A stretch of DNA of 64,000 nucleotides from Octopus sinensis. Lineage: Eukaryota. The notes under the pieces are model-generated. The model searched no databases and was not told the DNA's origin. It saw only the letters and a list, made by a program, of their open reading frames with translations. Below are positions 1 to 13,000 of this stretch, in pieces. The translations under genes and the position numbers were made by a program. The stretch spans positions 8,742,001 through 8,806,000 of the forward strand of contig NC_042997.1 of the NCBI RefSeq assembly GCF_006345805.1. The letters are read 5' to 3'. How positions within the stretch are numbered: the first letter of the stretch is position 1; each line of letters opens with the position of its first letter.

Positions 1-1161
1 ATACTGTGAAACTGTTTCATGGTCACGTTTACTAAATCTAAATTCTTCAGTAATTGCACTGAGTATAAGGTGCTGATGTTCAGCTATTAATTTAATTAGA
101 TCTGAGTATATATTGTCACTGGTTTTGTTTTGAGCAATAAGGCTGCAGAATATAATTGTGTGTGATATGAAAACTGGGATTGAGAATATCAGATCTCCTA
201 TGAGTCATAATGATGTGACTGAAACACTATCCAATTCAATTCTCAGGGAAGAAGAGTTCTAAAGATCAAAACATTAGAGTTTATAGAAATGTGGGGAGTA
301 TACTCACCTATAATCTAAATAAATACAGGTGAAATGTTCAAACCTCAAAATATAAGCCCAACATAACAGTCTTAATGATTTATGCTAAGAAGAGAAAGTA
401 TGTTATAGTAACAGAAATCAGTTGTCCAACATACGTTAACATAATGTTAATGATAACAAAACCAGAAAACATTTTCTAAACTAATGAGTGATCTGCACGT
501 GCTATTTGGATATAATTTTAATTTACACCTGCGATGATTTACATCGGTACTTATTTTGATAGGATGGGCTTCACAAAAGCAGAAAGAACAAGATTAATTG
601 CAAAATTTCCTGCAATTAATGGAGATGCAGAACATTTATAAAACATTCCAGAAATTTAATCTGTAGTATATAAATTAGGCATGTGTGGTGAGAAAATACT
701 CAGAGTAGCCCAGGCATTAATGAAGTAAATTATAAGAAACAAAAGCCTTACCACTTTGTGGGAAAATGTAATACATACATCATAAAATATATACATACAT
801 AAAATATACATCTTTGATAAAGAAAAATATTTACATATATACACACACAAACACTCACTAATATGCACTTACACATATATGTTATTGCAGTTGATTGCTA
901 TTTATGATTGCTTTCGTAGTTATTCAACCATCACCTTCCAAGCATCCTCTTGAAAGTGCGGGTGTATATAATCATCTAGGGTCCTTGAAGAGTTCTCTTT
1001 TTTTTTCTTAAGCATTACAAGCATTTGTAATTAACTAGCAACATTCTTGAAGAGATGATCTTTGCAGTATCCAACTAAATAATACTGATCATTGCTAGTG
1101 AATATTCGGCATCAATGTTTATTCACATACATCTATGTTTAGAATTCAAATATATATATAT

Positions 1162-1243
<82 letters not shown>

Positions 1244-1280
1244 GTATGTATATATATCTATCTATCGATCTATCTATATA

Positions 1281-1415
1281 GGGCATCCATCTGTAGGAAC
1301 TCTGCCTGATCAGATTGGAGTCTGGTGCAGCCATCTGGTTTGCTAAACCTCAGTCAAATTGTCCAACCCATGCTAGCATGGAAAGCGGACGTTAAACGAT
1401 GATGATGATGATGAT
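1281..1415 (+). mobile_element. RTE LINE 3' end fragment with (GAT)n tail
   Basis: Matches the 3' UTR of the RTE at 55130-55268 (gggcatcc...aacccatgctagcatggaaagcggacgttaaac + GAT repeats). Confidence 0.85.
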
Positions 1416-1737
1416 GGTTTTCTTTTTTTTTCTTTATTCCTCTCTTCCTGTTTTCGATTTGACCTTACAAATACATTCCCTACTTTTAGGTCACTTTAAA
1501 TAAACCCTTGATTTAATAGCACTAAGTACAAACTCTGTACTTGGAATGACCAATTTTAAATACTATTGGAGTTTACTCAGAAGGTATTGAAATCTTATAT
1601 GTATACCATTCTGCCTAAATAATGGATCTACAAATGCAATATCCCTGCATATCTCACATCTATTTTCATTCCTCCACTTCACTCTCTATTTCATATCTTA
1701 TCTAAATTAACTATTGCTTAACCATTTTCTCACACCG

Positions 1738-1783
1738 CCTCCAATGAAGGGATATAAAAAATATCCTGGAAACAGCTGTAAGA
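1738..1783 (+). ncRNA. Degenerate minimal hammerhead ribozyme-like motif (Penelope type)
   Basis: cct-CCAATGA-agggata/tatcct stem II-(g)GAAAC-agct-GTA-aga; palindromic stem III ACAGCTGT; core mutated from CTGATGA. Confidence 0.45.
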
Positions 1784-2010
1784 CCTATTTGTAAATGTTC
1801 TAAAATCTTCACAGCCTTGGTTTTTTATCTCATTCTGAAAAAACACTTTTTTATATATACACATGCTGATATATGACATACAATGGACTCCTTATTCACG
1901 TAATCACCGAACCTGGAGCTTAACTATGGTCTGTCCATAGCATTTACTCAGCATTACCTGACACTATTGGGTCTCATTGACACCATTACCTCTCATAGCC
2001 TCTCCCTATG

Positions 2011-2123
<113 letters not shown>

Positions 2124-2187
2124 GTCGTTTTTGGATTTGGTTTGCAAGATTCTTTATATGAATTCGTGTGTTGAAGCATATTCTGAT

Positions 2188-2321
2188 GTGTCTCGGGAGA
2201 GTCATTTTTTTTTTGTGCCTTATGATATAACACATAAATAAAAATAAGAAAAAAGTGGAAATTTTACCGGTGAGTGTGTTATATTATAAGGCACAAAAAG
2301 AAAATTACTCTCCCCAGACAC
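2188..2321. repeat. Fold-back (inverted repeat) element, ~46-bp arms
   Basis: 2188-2233 is the near reverse complement of 2276-2321; embedded between TA arrays. Confidence 0.75.
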
Positions 2322-2639
2322 AACAGTATATATATATATATATATATATATAGGCAGATAGATATACATACATGCATATACATATGTATTATATATATGT
2401 ATATACAGCATCAAAAACAGATGTTAAGCAGTGATAACAATGATGACATTTATATATATATATATATGAGATAGTAGTTAATCACTGATGTCAGGTGTCG
2501 CAAACTTTTTACCTACACATACCTTTATGACAATAAGAATTTATTTGGTGTGTCATCATAGACTTCTTGAGATAAAAATATATAAAGCCAGTGATTGTTG
2601 AGCTGGTAGATAGGAGGAAATGTGAAAATGTATCATAGA

Positions 2640-3170
2640 ACTTCTTGGATATAACGCTGTGCTGTCGGAAGTAATAAACACTGCAGAAACCTTGTGACAA
2701 TATGGCTTGATTACAGAAAAACATTCAATTCAGTATCCTATTCATGGCTGCTGAAGTCACTACAGTTGGCAAAAGCTTTTGCTGCATCAGGTGCTGCTGC
2801 TGCTGCTACTGAATGTCTTACAAAGATCTGGTTAACAATCCTTGCACTTGGAACTGACAGTAGAAAATTGTCTCTGATGTTCGAATATTTCAAAAGGAAT
2901 ATGTCAAAGTTACAGTCTGCTTGTGCTTCTGTTTATTTTGGCACCTAATTCACAGTTATTTCTTTTATGAAAATTCACTGCTCATCTGCAAGAGTTTACA
3001 ATAGCAAGAGACAGTAATATAACCCGCAGTTTCTTTGTATATGATCTCCAGATCTATGCTCTAAAATTATTTACAACTAGCCAAATTACTCAGTGTTGCT
3101 CGGACTGCAAACACAGTGAACTGATATTAATGTCCCAATGTAATTTAAATTATAGCAAAGTTTCTGGGCA
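2640..3170 (+). mobile_element. Decayed non-LTR RT fragment, R4/Dong/NeSL-like
   Basis: WLDYRKTFNSVSYSWLLKSL (cf. WIDYKKAFDSVPHSW), LLVLLFILAP (cf. SPLLFxLAL), NITRSFFVYDLQIYA (cf. HLLYMDDLKLYA) in RT order, with frameshifts. Confidence 0.7.
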
Positions 3171-3499
3171 AACAATAGGCAGAGTATCAGACCAGGTAAC
3201 CATATAGTTTTTTTCTTTTTTTTTCCAGAAATATATGTTTCTTTTTGCTTCTGTTTTAGACATAACCATTAGATTCTGCAAAAAATCTAAAACAGTTTTT
3301 TCAAATATAATATTTTGAATGTTGTTTCTCTATTTAACACAAAATCCAAATCGTAACACTAAATCCTAAATGCCAAAACTTAATCTTGCACTAAAGTATT
3401 AATCCATAATCTTTAACCCTTAATCCTATCATTATTTGTTGTTAGAATCACAATATCCTGTGTTTAAAACATAATTCTGAAAAGAAGTTTCCAAGGCAC

Positions 3500-3895
3500 A
3501 AGAGTAGCTGTGTGATAAGTAGCTTGCAGTGGTTCAGTCCCACTGCATGGTACCTTGGGCAAGTGTCTTGTACTATAGTCTCAGGCCAACCAAAGCTTTG
3601 TGAGTGGATTTGGTAGACGGAAACTGAAAGAAGCTTGTTTTATATATATATATATGTATATGTGTGTTTGTGTGTGCGTGAATTTTTGTGTCTGTGTTTG
3701 TGCTCTCACAATTGTTTGACAACTGATGCTGGCATGTTTACATCCCCATAACTTTGCAGCTCAGCAAAAGAGACTGATAGAATAAGTACTATGCTTACAA
3801 ACAATAAGTCCTGGCATCGATTTGTTCAACTAAAGGTGGTGCTCCAGCATGGCAGCATTCAAATGACTGAAACTAGTAAAAGATTAAAGAAAAAA
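3500..3895 (+). mobile_element. tRNA-derived SINE family B (CORE-like ccttgggcaag, internal TA/TG microsatellite)
   Basis: Homologous to intact copy 57350-57765. Confidence 0.85.
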
Positions 3896-4575
3896 GAAAA
3901 CAATTTGAAAATGAAAATGTTATGGTCAGTTACATCTAACTCAATGCAAAAAAAAATGAAGAAAGGTAAAGAAAACAAAATTTTGAAAAAAACTTTTTTT
4001 TCACAAAATATCATTACTTATGATGCTTAAATTCTAAAAATCTTCTGCTAAAAAAATTTTGGAATACATACTCATGTACACACATGTAAGCATGTATCCG
4101 TCACATTAGAATTTTATAAGCAATAAGACACTGAGAAACAACTGGATTTAGTAACATTTTCTGCTGTGATAGAGATGGAATTTGTCCAAAAGAAACGTTC
4201 ATATTTACAGCTGAATGCAGAAAACTATTTCCCAAATCCAGAAGCTTTGCATCAACAGTCTTTCTCTCTCCTCTGTTCCACACAATGAGAGCAACATATT
4301 TTTATTGCTGGAAAATTTATCATTCGTAAGTATAGTCAACAAAGATAAGGTAAACAAATGTTATACCAGACTAAAAAGAATATAGTAGCCAGAATCTTCC
4401 ACCTACAACAACAAGTATTCAGACTACTAGTACTGATACCATCATTTGGGATGTACTTAAATGGTAAATTTTGAAAATCCACCCTATTGACATTATAACT
4501 CACAAGAGTTTGACATCAACTGCATGCTTGCATAGAAACAGCAATATTGACATTTTCTACCATATAAGAAAACAG

Positions 4576-4880
4576 AGGTGGAGGTGCAATGGCCCAGTGG
4601 TAAGGGCAGCGGACTTGCGGTCGGAGGATCATGGTTTCGATTCCCAGACCGGGCGTTGTGTGTGTTTATTGAGCGAAAACACCTAAAGGCTCCACAAGGC
4701 TCCAGCAGGAGGTGGTGGTGACCCCTGTTGTACTCTTTTGCAACAATTTTCTCTCACTCTCTCTTCTTGTTTCTTGAGTAATGCTGTGATGGACTGGTGT
4801 CCCATTCAGCTGGGGGGAACATATACACCACAGAAACCGGGATACCAGGCCCATGAGCCTGGCTAGGCTTGAAAAGGGTG
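4576..4880 (+). mobile_element. tRNA(Arg-like)-derived SINE family A
   Basis: Head ggcccagtggtaagggcagcggact...ggtttcgattccc with A/B boxes; same head at 16630, 38578, 50163. Confidence 0.85.
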
Positions 4881-5204
4881 ACAAAAAAAAAAAGAAAACA
4901 GAGAGGAACGTATCTGTGCAAAGAGCATCTGAATGTTGTATGGTTTCACTCAGAGGGCTTCTGCTAAACAATAGCAGCAAAAATATATACAAAATCCAAG
5001 TGCACTAAAATAAACAGTTCAACAGCTTGCCGGTCAGTCATAAACTTCTCGAAAAGTACTCACTTCACCTTTTATGAGTACTCAGTATTGTAAGACCTGC
5101 ATATCCTAACAAAATTCTAAAAGACAGACACTCTACATACTACTAAATAGGCACAGGTATGTTTTTCATAAATCCAGAGATTACAGTAATCTTGATTTCA
5201 CATT

Positions 5205-5620
5205 TTAGCACAAGGCCAGGAGTAAGTCAATTACATCGACCACCTTGCTCAACTGGTACTTATTTTATTGACCTCCAAAAGGGATGAAACGTAAAGTAGA
5301 CCTCAATGGAAATTAAACTCAGAGCATAAAGATTTATGAAATGCTGTTAATGATTCTGCCAGCTCACCATCTTTGAGATAACCATAATATTAACATGAAA
5401 TGTAAAGCTGAAAGTTAGCAGAGTCATTAGTACACCAAGCAAAATGCTTAACAGTATTTTGTTCATCTTTAAGTTCTGAATTCAAATTCCACTACGGTCA
5501 ACTTTACCTTTCATGATTTCTGAGTCAGTTAAATAAGTACTAGTTGATCACTGGGGTCGATGCAATCATCTTGCCCTTTCTTCTGTAATTGTTGACCTTA
5601 TGCCAAAATTTGAAACCAAT
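5205..5620. mobile_element. Two decayed SINE family C fragments (minus then plus)
   Basis: Similar to 46608-47040 (ttctgagttcaaattc...gactttgcctttcat...ctggggtcgatg). Confidence 0.65.
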
Positions 5621-5974
5621 ATCAATGTGAGGTTTTTGCCTCTTTTTGACTAATGACTGAGGCACTGTGCCACCTCTAAAGATTAGGCTTTTACAATCCA
5701 TGAGCATGAGATAGCCATGAAATACTTGAGGAACAAATGGATCAGTGAAATCCTTAATTCCCTAAGATGCTATAGAATATATTGAATATATCTTACTTCT
5801 GTGGAAGATATTGCACATGTGGTTAGTAACTGCAAAAGATGTGTTTGTTGAATAATTCACACACACATACATATATGTATGTATGTATATATATGTACAT
5901 GCATGTATGCTGCTATTATTCTGTTTTATTTCAAAATTTCTTGCCAATAGAGAAAGGACCAGTTTCTAAACTAG

Positions 5975-6031
5975 ATCCAAGGTCCTTCAGTGGAATTTCA
6001 ACAACTTCAGGAAGCTATTTCTTCTATGCAT
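5975..6031 (+). CDS. Candidate internal exon (IQGPSVEFQQLQEAISSMH), phase 0-0
   Basis: ctag acceptor, gtatgt donor, 57 nt open; an alternative 81-nt exon from 5951 is also possible; no homolog recognised. Confidence 0.25.
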
Positions 6032-6334
6032 GTATGTGTGCACTATTTGGAGTCATTGCATGTGAAGATTTGCGTTTTGTTTTATGTATATCTTCTCATG
6101 CATATATTTGCATGTCTAGACATGTGCATGTATGCATCCATGCAGTTATGTATGCATTTACACAAAGAATATTGGTAAAACATTACCATCGAAAATTTTT
6201 GCCAAATGCCAGACATAGCTATTTGGGAAAGGAAAGAAAATTATCATGTGCTGTCATGTACTGTAACTTCAATCTACAAAGTAAAAAGAAAAGAAAATAT
6301 GGAAAACTAACTTCAATTTTCATTTTTTAGTTAG

Positions 6335-6388
6335 AAACCAGTTCTTTCTTTATTGGAAGAATTCAAAGAATTGAAAGATAAGAAATTT
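6335..6388 (+). CDS. Candidate internal exon ([18 protein letters not shown]), phase 0-0
   Basis: ctaac branch-like motif, pyrimidine tract, tagttag acceptor, gtacgt donor; open only from the second AG. Confidence 0.25.
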
Positions 6389-6642
6389 GTACGTGTGCAT
6401 GTGTGTGTGTGTGTGTGTGTGCATGCATGTGTGTATATATATATTTATATGCATATATATATATATGCATATATATATGTATACACACACACATATATAT
6501 ATACATATATATGTACACACATGCCCACACACATACATATATACATACATATACATATATATATACATACACATACATGTATACATATATATATGCAACG
6601 ATCATACTGCATTACCTCTGGATATTCTTGTTGCTTATTTTG

Positions 6643-6673
<31 letters not shown>

Positions 6674-6750
6674 TACATACATATATGTACATATATATAT
6701 GCATATATATATGCATATATATATACATATGTATACATATATACATATAC

Positions 6751-6795
<45 letters not shown>

Positions 6796-7550
6796 CCTTT
6801 CAATCCAAATGTAAGTGATAGCTATAAAATACTTAATGAATATGAGATAGGAAGTCTCTATCGTATATTTGTGGAAGATATTGCACATATTATCAGCTGC
6901 AATCCCAATTTCTTATATTACTTTTCTTATATTATTTTTCTTATATTATTTTTCTATATGCCATGTTTTCAGTGAAACAGTATACAACGCCATCCATGAA
7001 AACCTATCCTGGGATAAATATATAAATATATTTATGACTGTGGTGATAACGGCATTATAAAGAAATATGAAAATACTAGAATGAATAAACTTTTGATATA
7101 TAAATACATATGTGTGTGTATTTGTGTATAGCAAGATATTTGGCAGGACAGTCAGTGCTATATGACTGAGAAGAAAACAAAATGGATTTTAGCTTGAAAA
7201 ATCGAAGAACCCATTAACCTACAGCAGTTAAAGTAACTTTGTATATGCTATATTGAACACCCAGTTATTTTATCTGTTACATAAATGTTCTTTGTCAAAC
7301 TTTTTATTGTTATATCTTGGTGAATTATTAACATCAGAATTCTGACACTGAGTACATCCCTTTATTTTAGGATAGATGCTGTTAGCATTCTCGTCAAAAC
7401 TGCTGTCAAGGTCAACTGTCCAGGAAATATTTCATTCAACATGAGGGAGAAAGAGAATGCTTGGGGATTAATACTTTGAAACTTATAAATTTTCTACCCA
7501 GATTATGGCATTGCATTTGAATATTTGACGCACTTGGATATTCTACTCAG

Positions 7551-7762
7551 TCTTTCGTTACCAACCCGGCTGAAACCGGCTCTGGCTCTTTAGTACAAAT
7601 GTCTGGTTTTCAAAAGTTCTGAATTAAAACCTTAGTCACAATTTATGTCCCTAACTCTAGCTTAATGATAACGATGTTATTTTACTTAATTCTTTGTTTT
7701 ATTTTACATAATTGGAAGAAACACTGAGCATCTCAAAATAAATTCAGTAACGAAAGGGTTAA
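7551..7762. mobile_element. piggyBac-like MITE
   Basis: Ends ctttcgttac...gtaacgaaagggTTAA; second copy at 41768-41991. Confidence 0.65.
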
Positions 7763-8078
7763 GTAATAATCACAAAATATTGTGGAGAAGAGCAAAGGTG
7801 GATCATAGTAAAGAAATTGTAAATGGTAGATATGACTAATGAGTCATGGGGAAGTGAATAATGGAAGGGAGACTAAATGATGGTTAGCAATTAACAGTGT
7901 TAAGGGGTGAATGAATATGAACAGATCAAACAAGACGCAAACTCTTTTTACATGGGTAGATGAGAGGGATAATCTAGGGAGACACAAAGGCAGAAGAAGG
8001 TTGAATGATACATGAAAGAATAAGAAAATAGGGGTAGAGTGTATGTATTAAAAAAAGACTCCGCCGGTTACGACGACG

Positions 8079-8373
8079 AGGGTCCCAGCTGATACGATCA
8101 ACGGAACAGCTTGCTCATGAAATTAACGTGCAAATGGCTGAGCATTCCACAGACACGTGTACCCTTAACGTAGTTCTCGGGGATAATCAGCGTGACACAG
8201 AGAGTGACAAGGCTGACCCTTTGAAGTACAAGTACAACTCATTTTTGCCAGCTGAGTGGACTGGAGCAACGTGAAATAAAGTGTCTTGCTCAAGGACACA
8301 ACGCGTCGCCGGGAATCGAACTCACAACCTTACGATCATGAGCCGAATGCCCTAACCACTAAGCCACGTGCCC
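8079..8373 (-). mobile_element. SINE family A
   Basis: Reverse complement of tRNA head plus body cagctgagtggactggagcaacgtgaaataaag. Confidence 0.85.
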
Positions 8374-8479
8374 CACAGAGTGTATGTATTAGAGGGTAAT
8401 AGTCAGGACAGGCCTGAATATAGATATTACACATACCAACATTTATCATTAGCATTATCTCCATTTTTTGCATCTATTT

Positions 8480-9000
8480 CCTTTAGATCATATAAATTAG
8501 TTGGATTCAGTCCAATATAACACTTTGCCACATATTGTGGTCTTTAGGTTATTCAGCTTCATGTTGTTCAGCTTCTTAAGATCAATCTTTATGACTTCGT
8601 CCTATATATTTATAGGCCTTCCTCTTCCACAGGTTCTATTTTCTTGGAGCTCTAGGTCCATCATCATCATACAACTTTCATTTTCCATATGTATCGTATA
8701 CCCATACCAATGTAGTGGTCTCTTTTCCACATTACATTTAATTCCTCTTACAGCCAGCTTTTGTTTCAGCCCATTTGAGTTCTTTTCTTCAAGCATACCA
8801 ACATTACATATCCTAGAGAAAGAACTTCATTTCAGTTGTACTTTATGCACAAACATCGCACAATTTTTCTTTCACTCTCAGAGAGAAATATTTTGTTGCT
8901 AATAGAGCAATTAATATCTCTGAATTCTTTGCATCTTATTCTTATTCTGAAAATTGCCTTTGGAAAGATACCTTCAAAGCTAATTAAATCATCTTGACAG
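8480..9000 (-). mobile_element. Decayed RTE ORF2 C-terminal fragment
   Basis: KRPLHWYGYTIHMENESC...RTCGRGRP matches RRLRWYGHVARMDEDSC...TCGRGRP of the RTE at 53432. Confidence 0.75.
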
Positions 9001-9058
9001 CAAAAGCTATTAACTACTGCTAAGGAACCTCCTTAACATTTAAAGGAATTTATATATA

Positions 9059-9267
9059 GGAGTACTGAAAAGTTCTTGACTTTGGGTAAAAGAAAATACA
9101 GGAGGATCAGTCAATTATGATTTTATTCAACATATTCCCCTCTCAGATTCACACACCTATTGGAGTGGTCCTTCAGTTTGTCTATACCCTGTAAAAGAAC
9201 TGAGAAGGCTGGGCCTCCAATCAGGTCTTTTATAATACCCTTAAAGTCAAGAACTTTTCAGCACTCC
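9059..9267. mobile_element. Mariner-type MITE
   Basis: 25-bp TIRs ggagt(a/g)ctgaaaagttcttgacttt at both ends, TA context. Confidence 0.75.
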
Positions 9268-10016
9268 TTAGTATTTACTACTCCTGTGAATATTCCAAAC
9301 ACAAAACATACCTACCCTAACAGCCTGCTTATGATTTTGCTACACATTTTATGCTTCCTTTGTTTAAAGTGGGTACACAATATGGAATTCCTACTTCTAA
9401 TCTTCATATGGGGCATGACTATTTTCACAGCATCTGTAGAATGCTGTCTTCTTTAGTCTTTCCTAAATTTATTTTGAAGTCTGTCAATTCTCAATCATAC
9501 TTCAATTTTCCTCCCTAAGCCTATGACTGTTTTACAGGATTCCTCAAGTAGCTGAGATCATTTCAGTACATGACTTGCATAGCTCTCACAAAGCCCCTTC
9601 CTAAATCATATAGATTCGTGGAGCCAGTTTCCTGTATTTTCTTATGTAATTAACCTCTCCCCTCCAGATGAGATTGTGGTTCATTGCAGAAATACTCACT
9701 ATTATCAGCTGAGTGGATTGAAGTAACATAAAATGAGGCATTTAGCTCAAGAGCTCAATGCATATACTAGTCCAGGAAGTGAAACCACAATCATACAATA
9801 TTGAGTCCAACACCTTAACCATGAAGCCACATGCTTCCATAGCTCTCACAAACCATTTACTCTGTTTTCTTAGTGACCACCATACAGCAAGCTATGTAAC
9901 ATTTGCAAAGGCCTTTTCCAGAGATCAATAAAATCAAAGTAAAGAAGCTTACTTCTAGCCAAGCACATCTTGTGTGGTTATTATAGCACCATCATTTTAT
10001 AACAGTATTTGTTTTT

Positions 10017-13000
10017 TGTATGACAATGTCATGTGACCAAATCCAAGCTCATAGGATTAAGACTATTTAACATGGCTGCTTTTTCACTAAAATCAAGCTT
10101 GCTGCTTTTCATTGACAATACAATAATGATACTGATTACAGGTTTTGAAGAATTAGTACTGTCTGATTCCTGTTCGACAGAAGCCCTGTAAAGACACTTT
10201 CAGCTTGTGTTAGGACAAAGAAACTTAAGAAATTTGCTGGTAGTAGATAAATAACAGATCAATTCATCAGGGATTGAGAACATTAAGAGTTTTTGTGCTG
10301 CTGGGGGAGATGAATTTCACAGGCATGAAAAATTTATTCAGTGAGATCAAAGGAAAGCTGATTATTGCTGAACTGAAAGGACAGGCCTTCTGGCTCTGAA
10401 GCAGATGCCATTTTAACCAATATGTCAGTATTAGGAAAGATTCAAAGAAGCCTAACATTTTTGTGAATTTGATACTTTGGGGACTGAAGGACAATCTGCT
10501 TACGGTGACCTTTTATTCAAAAGTAACTAATCATTCTGCACATTACTCTAAATTATTAGAACACATGCAGTGTCAGGAAATACTGCTGCCAAGTTGTATC
10601 AACCATATTCAGCAATTTGAAATGATTAATGATTTTACTTTGGCTCCTAGTAATGATATAGGGTAAAGACCCCCTTCGGTCATGAATGACCATGGGATTG
10701 CACCTAGAAAGTTACCCTCCTAGACACAAGTCCGGGCAAGGTTGTTTATGGAAGACCAGCAGTCGCCCATGCATACCAGCCTCCCCTCTCCACGCCACCA
10801 GTGTTATCCAAGGAAAAGACAAAGGCCGAAACAGCTTGGCTCCAGTGTGACGTCGCAACTCATTTCTACAGCTGAGTGAACTGGAGCAACGTGAAATAAA
10901 GTGCTTTGCTCAAGAACACAACACCCAGCCTGGTCCGGGATTCGAGCTCACAACCTCACGATCGTAAGCTCGACGCTCTAACCACTGAGCCATGTTATAT
11001 AATGATATAACAGTACGTTAAAAGAATTGTCAGTGTCTCATTTCAATAAGATCATCAGAAAAAGCTCATATGTAAGCCTCACATCTATACTCATGATATG
11101 GGAAAGTGTCCTATTCTTCGGAGGATATGCTATACCGATAACCCTTTAACTATGAAGTTAAATTTCATGTTATTCTAATAAGAATGTTATCTGTACATCA
11201 AAAAACAGAAGTGGTATTTTCTGCAAATCTCATTGCTTCAATAAACTTTACATGTCTCAGCAAAAAATAGTTCCAAGCTTGACATTCCTGAACAAAAATA
11301 GATTAGTATATAAGACTGCCTTTCACAGTTAAGGGTAATGAAATTTTGAGTGGCTATGTCTGATTTCTGTAGTAAAATAGTTAAGAAGGACCATTTTCAG
11401 TTTGTGTATTGGTCTTCTAAGAAGGAATTTGTAAAAGTGTACAAAGTTAATATTGATGCAAGTAGTGACCAGGAATTGAACAATGTCTTCAGTACAGAGG
11501 GAAGTAACCTCCTTTAAATTAAATGATGACTTAAGAAAACATAAGCAAATGTCAGTGATGCCACTATTAGTTCAAGGAATGTCTAGATGAAACTAGGGTC
11601 TCCCAATCTGAAATTTTTCAATGCCAGCTTCAAATAGTATGATAGTTAAGTTTACAAACGGTTGGGCAAGTTTGAAGTCTTGTTGATAGAAACTAGGAAA
11701 AATATAATTTTCATAAATGTCACTGGAAGTCACAAAAACTGTGGCTTCATTGGAATGGGTTTGTTACATATTTATTTACTTGCAGTGAAATTAAATGAAA
11801 TTATAAACAATAGCTTTAAAGTGTTCAATCAGAAAAAGTAAATAATCATTGTTGTTGGTTGTGATGTACAAGCCTCATGGAGATTTAAGAATTTGTGCAG
11901 ATTGCTAAATAAGAGTAAGCCTATATTGTACTTTATTCTACTCCAAATATTGAGATGACATTACACTAGGAAGCATTGATGAAATATTTTGTGGAGATTG
12001 ATTTGATAGGAACCTACCATCAAATCCCAATTTCTGATGAAACTCAGGAAATAACAACATTGAATACTCCCCTTAGATTATTGCATTAGACACATTAGCC
12101 ACACAGTATGAAAGCAACGAGTACTATATTTCAACATTCCATGGAAAGTGCATTAGGATATTTCACAGGTATAATAATTCATCTGATGACATTTGCACTG
12201 GTGGTCATACTACTGATGACCTAGAGCAGAAAGTAAAAGCTATTTTTCTGAAACTCACCTTTGATGGTGTGGCTGTGAACAAAACGAAAAATGTCTTTTC
12301 CACAGAGAAATTGACCTTCCTTCACTATAAGATAGCTAAACAGGATATTCAACCAAATAATATACTAGTTAAGAAAATATTAGACCCTAAATATCCCAGG
12401 GAGCAGGAAAGGGCTGAAGTTATTTTAGGGAATGACTAATTTTATAGTCGATTTATTCCAGCATAGTCTGAAAAAGCCAATGGATCCTCAAGCTTATAAA
12501 AATAGTGTCCTATGTTTTTTATGAAATATGAAAGACATAAAAGAGATTTAACTGCACTACATGTTTTACAGATTTGACAAAAAAAAAAAACATTGTAGTT
12601 ACTACAGATGTGAGCTAACATTAAACATCTGGTGTACTGTTCTAGGAGGGGGTGTCCAATACTATATGTATCACAAAGGCTATCTAAGGCTATAAGTAAC
12701 AAGTATTGAAAGAGAAGCTTTGGTGTTTGTCTTGACTCTGTAAAGAACTTAATACTTTTTATTGGGGTGAACATTTTTCTTGATAACTGAGCATAAACCT
12801 TTAGACTTCATATTCAGCTTGACAAGAAGATTACCTAAAAATAACATATGCAAAATATTGTGGACGAGAATCCATTCAGCTGCTTCTGAATGGGAAATAC
12901 AATATATAAAGACAAAACAATTACCCCGCTCTCTAGAATGAAATTCAATGAGCCAAGAAAGTTAGATAGTGGGTAAAAATAGATGCATTCAAAGTAAAAC

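Noticed and set aside
4101-4326. Exon-like segment open on both strands (ankyrin-like or DH-like readings)
   Set aside because: Several mutually exclusive frames look equally plausible; motif resemblances are weak and cannot be supported without a search
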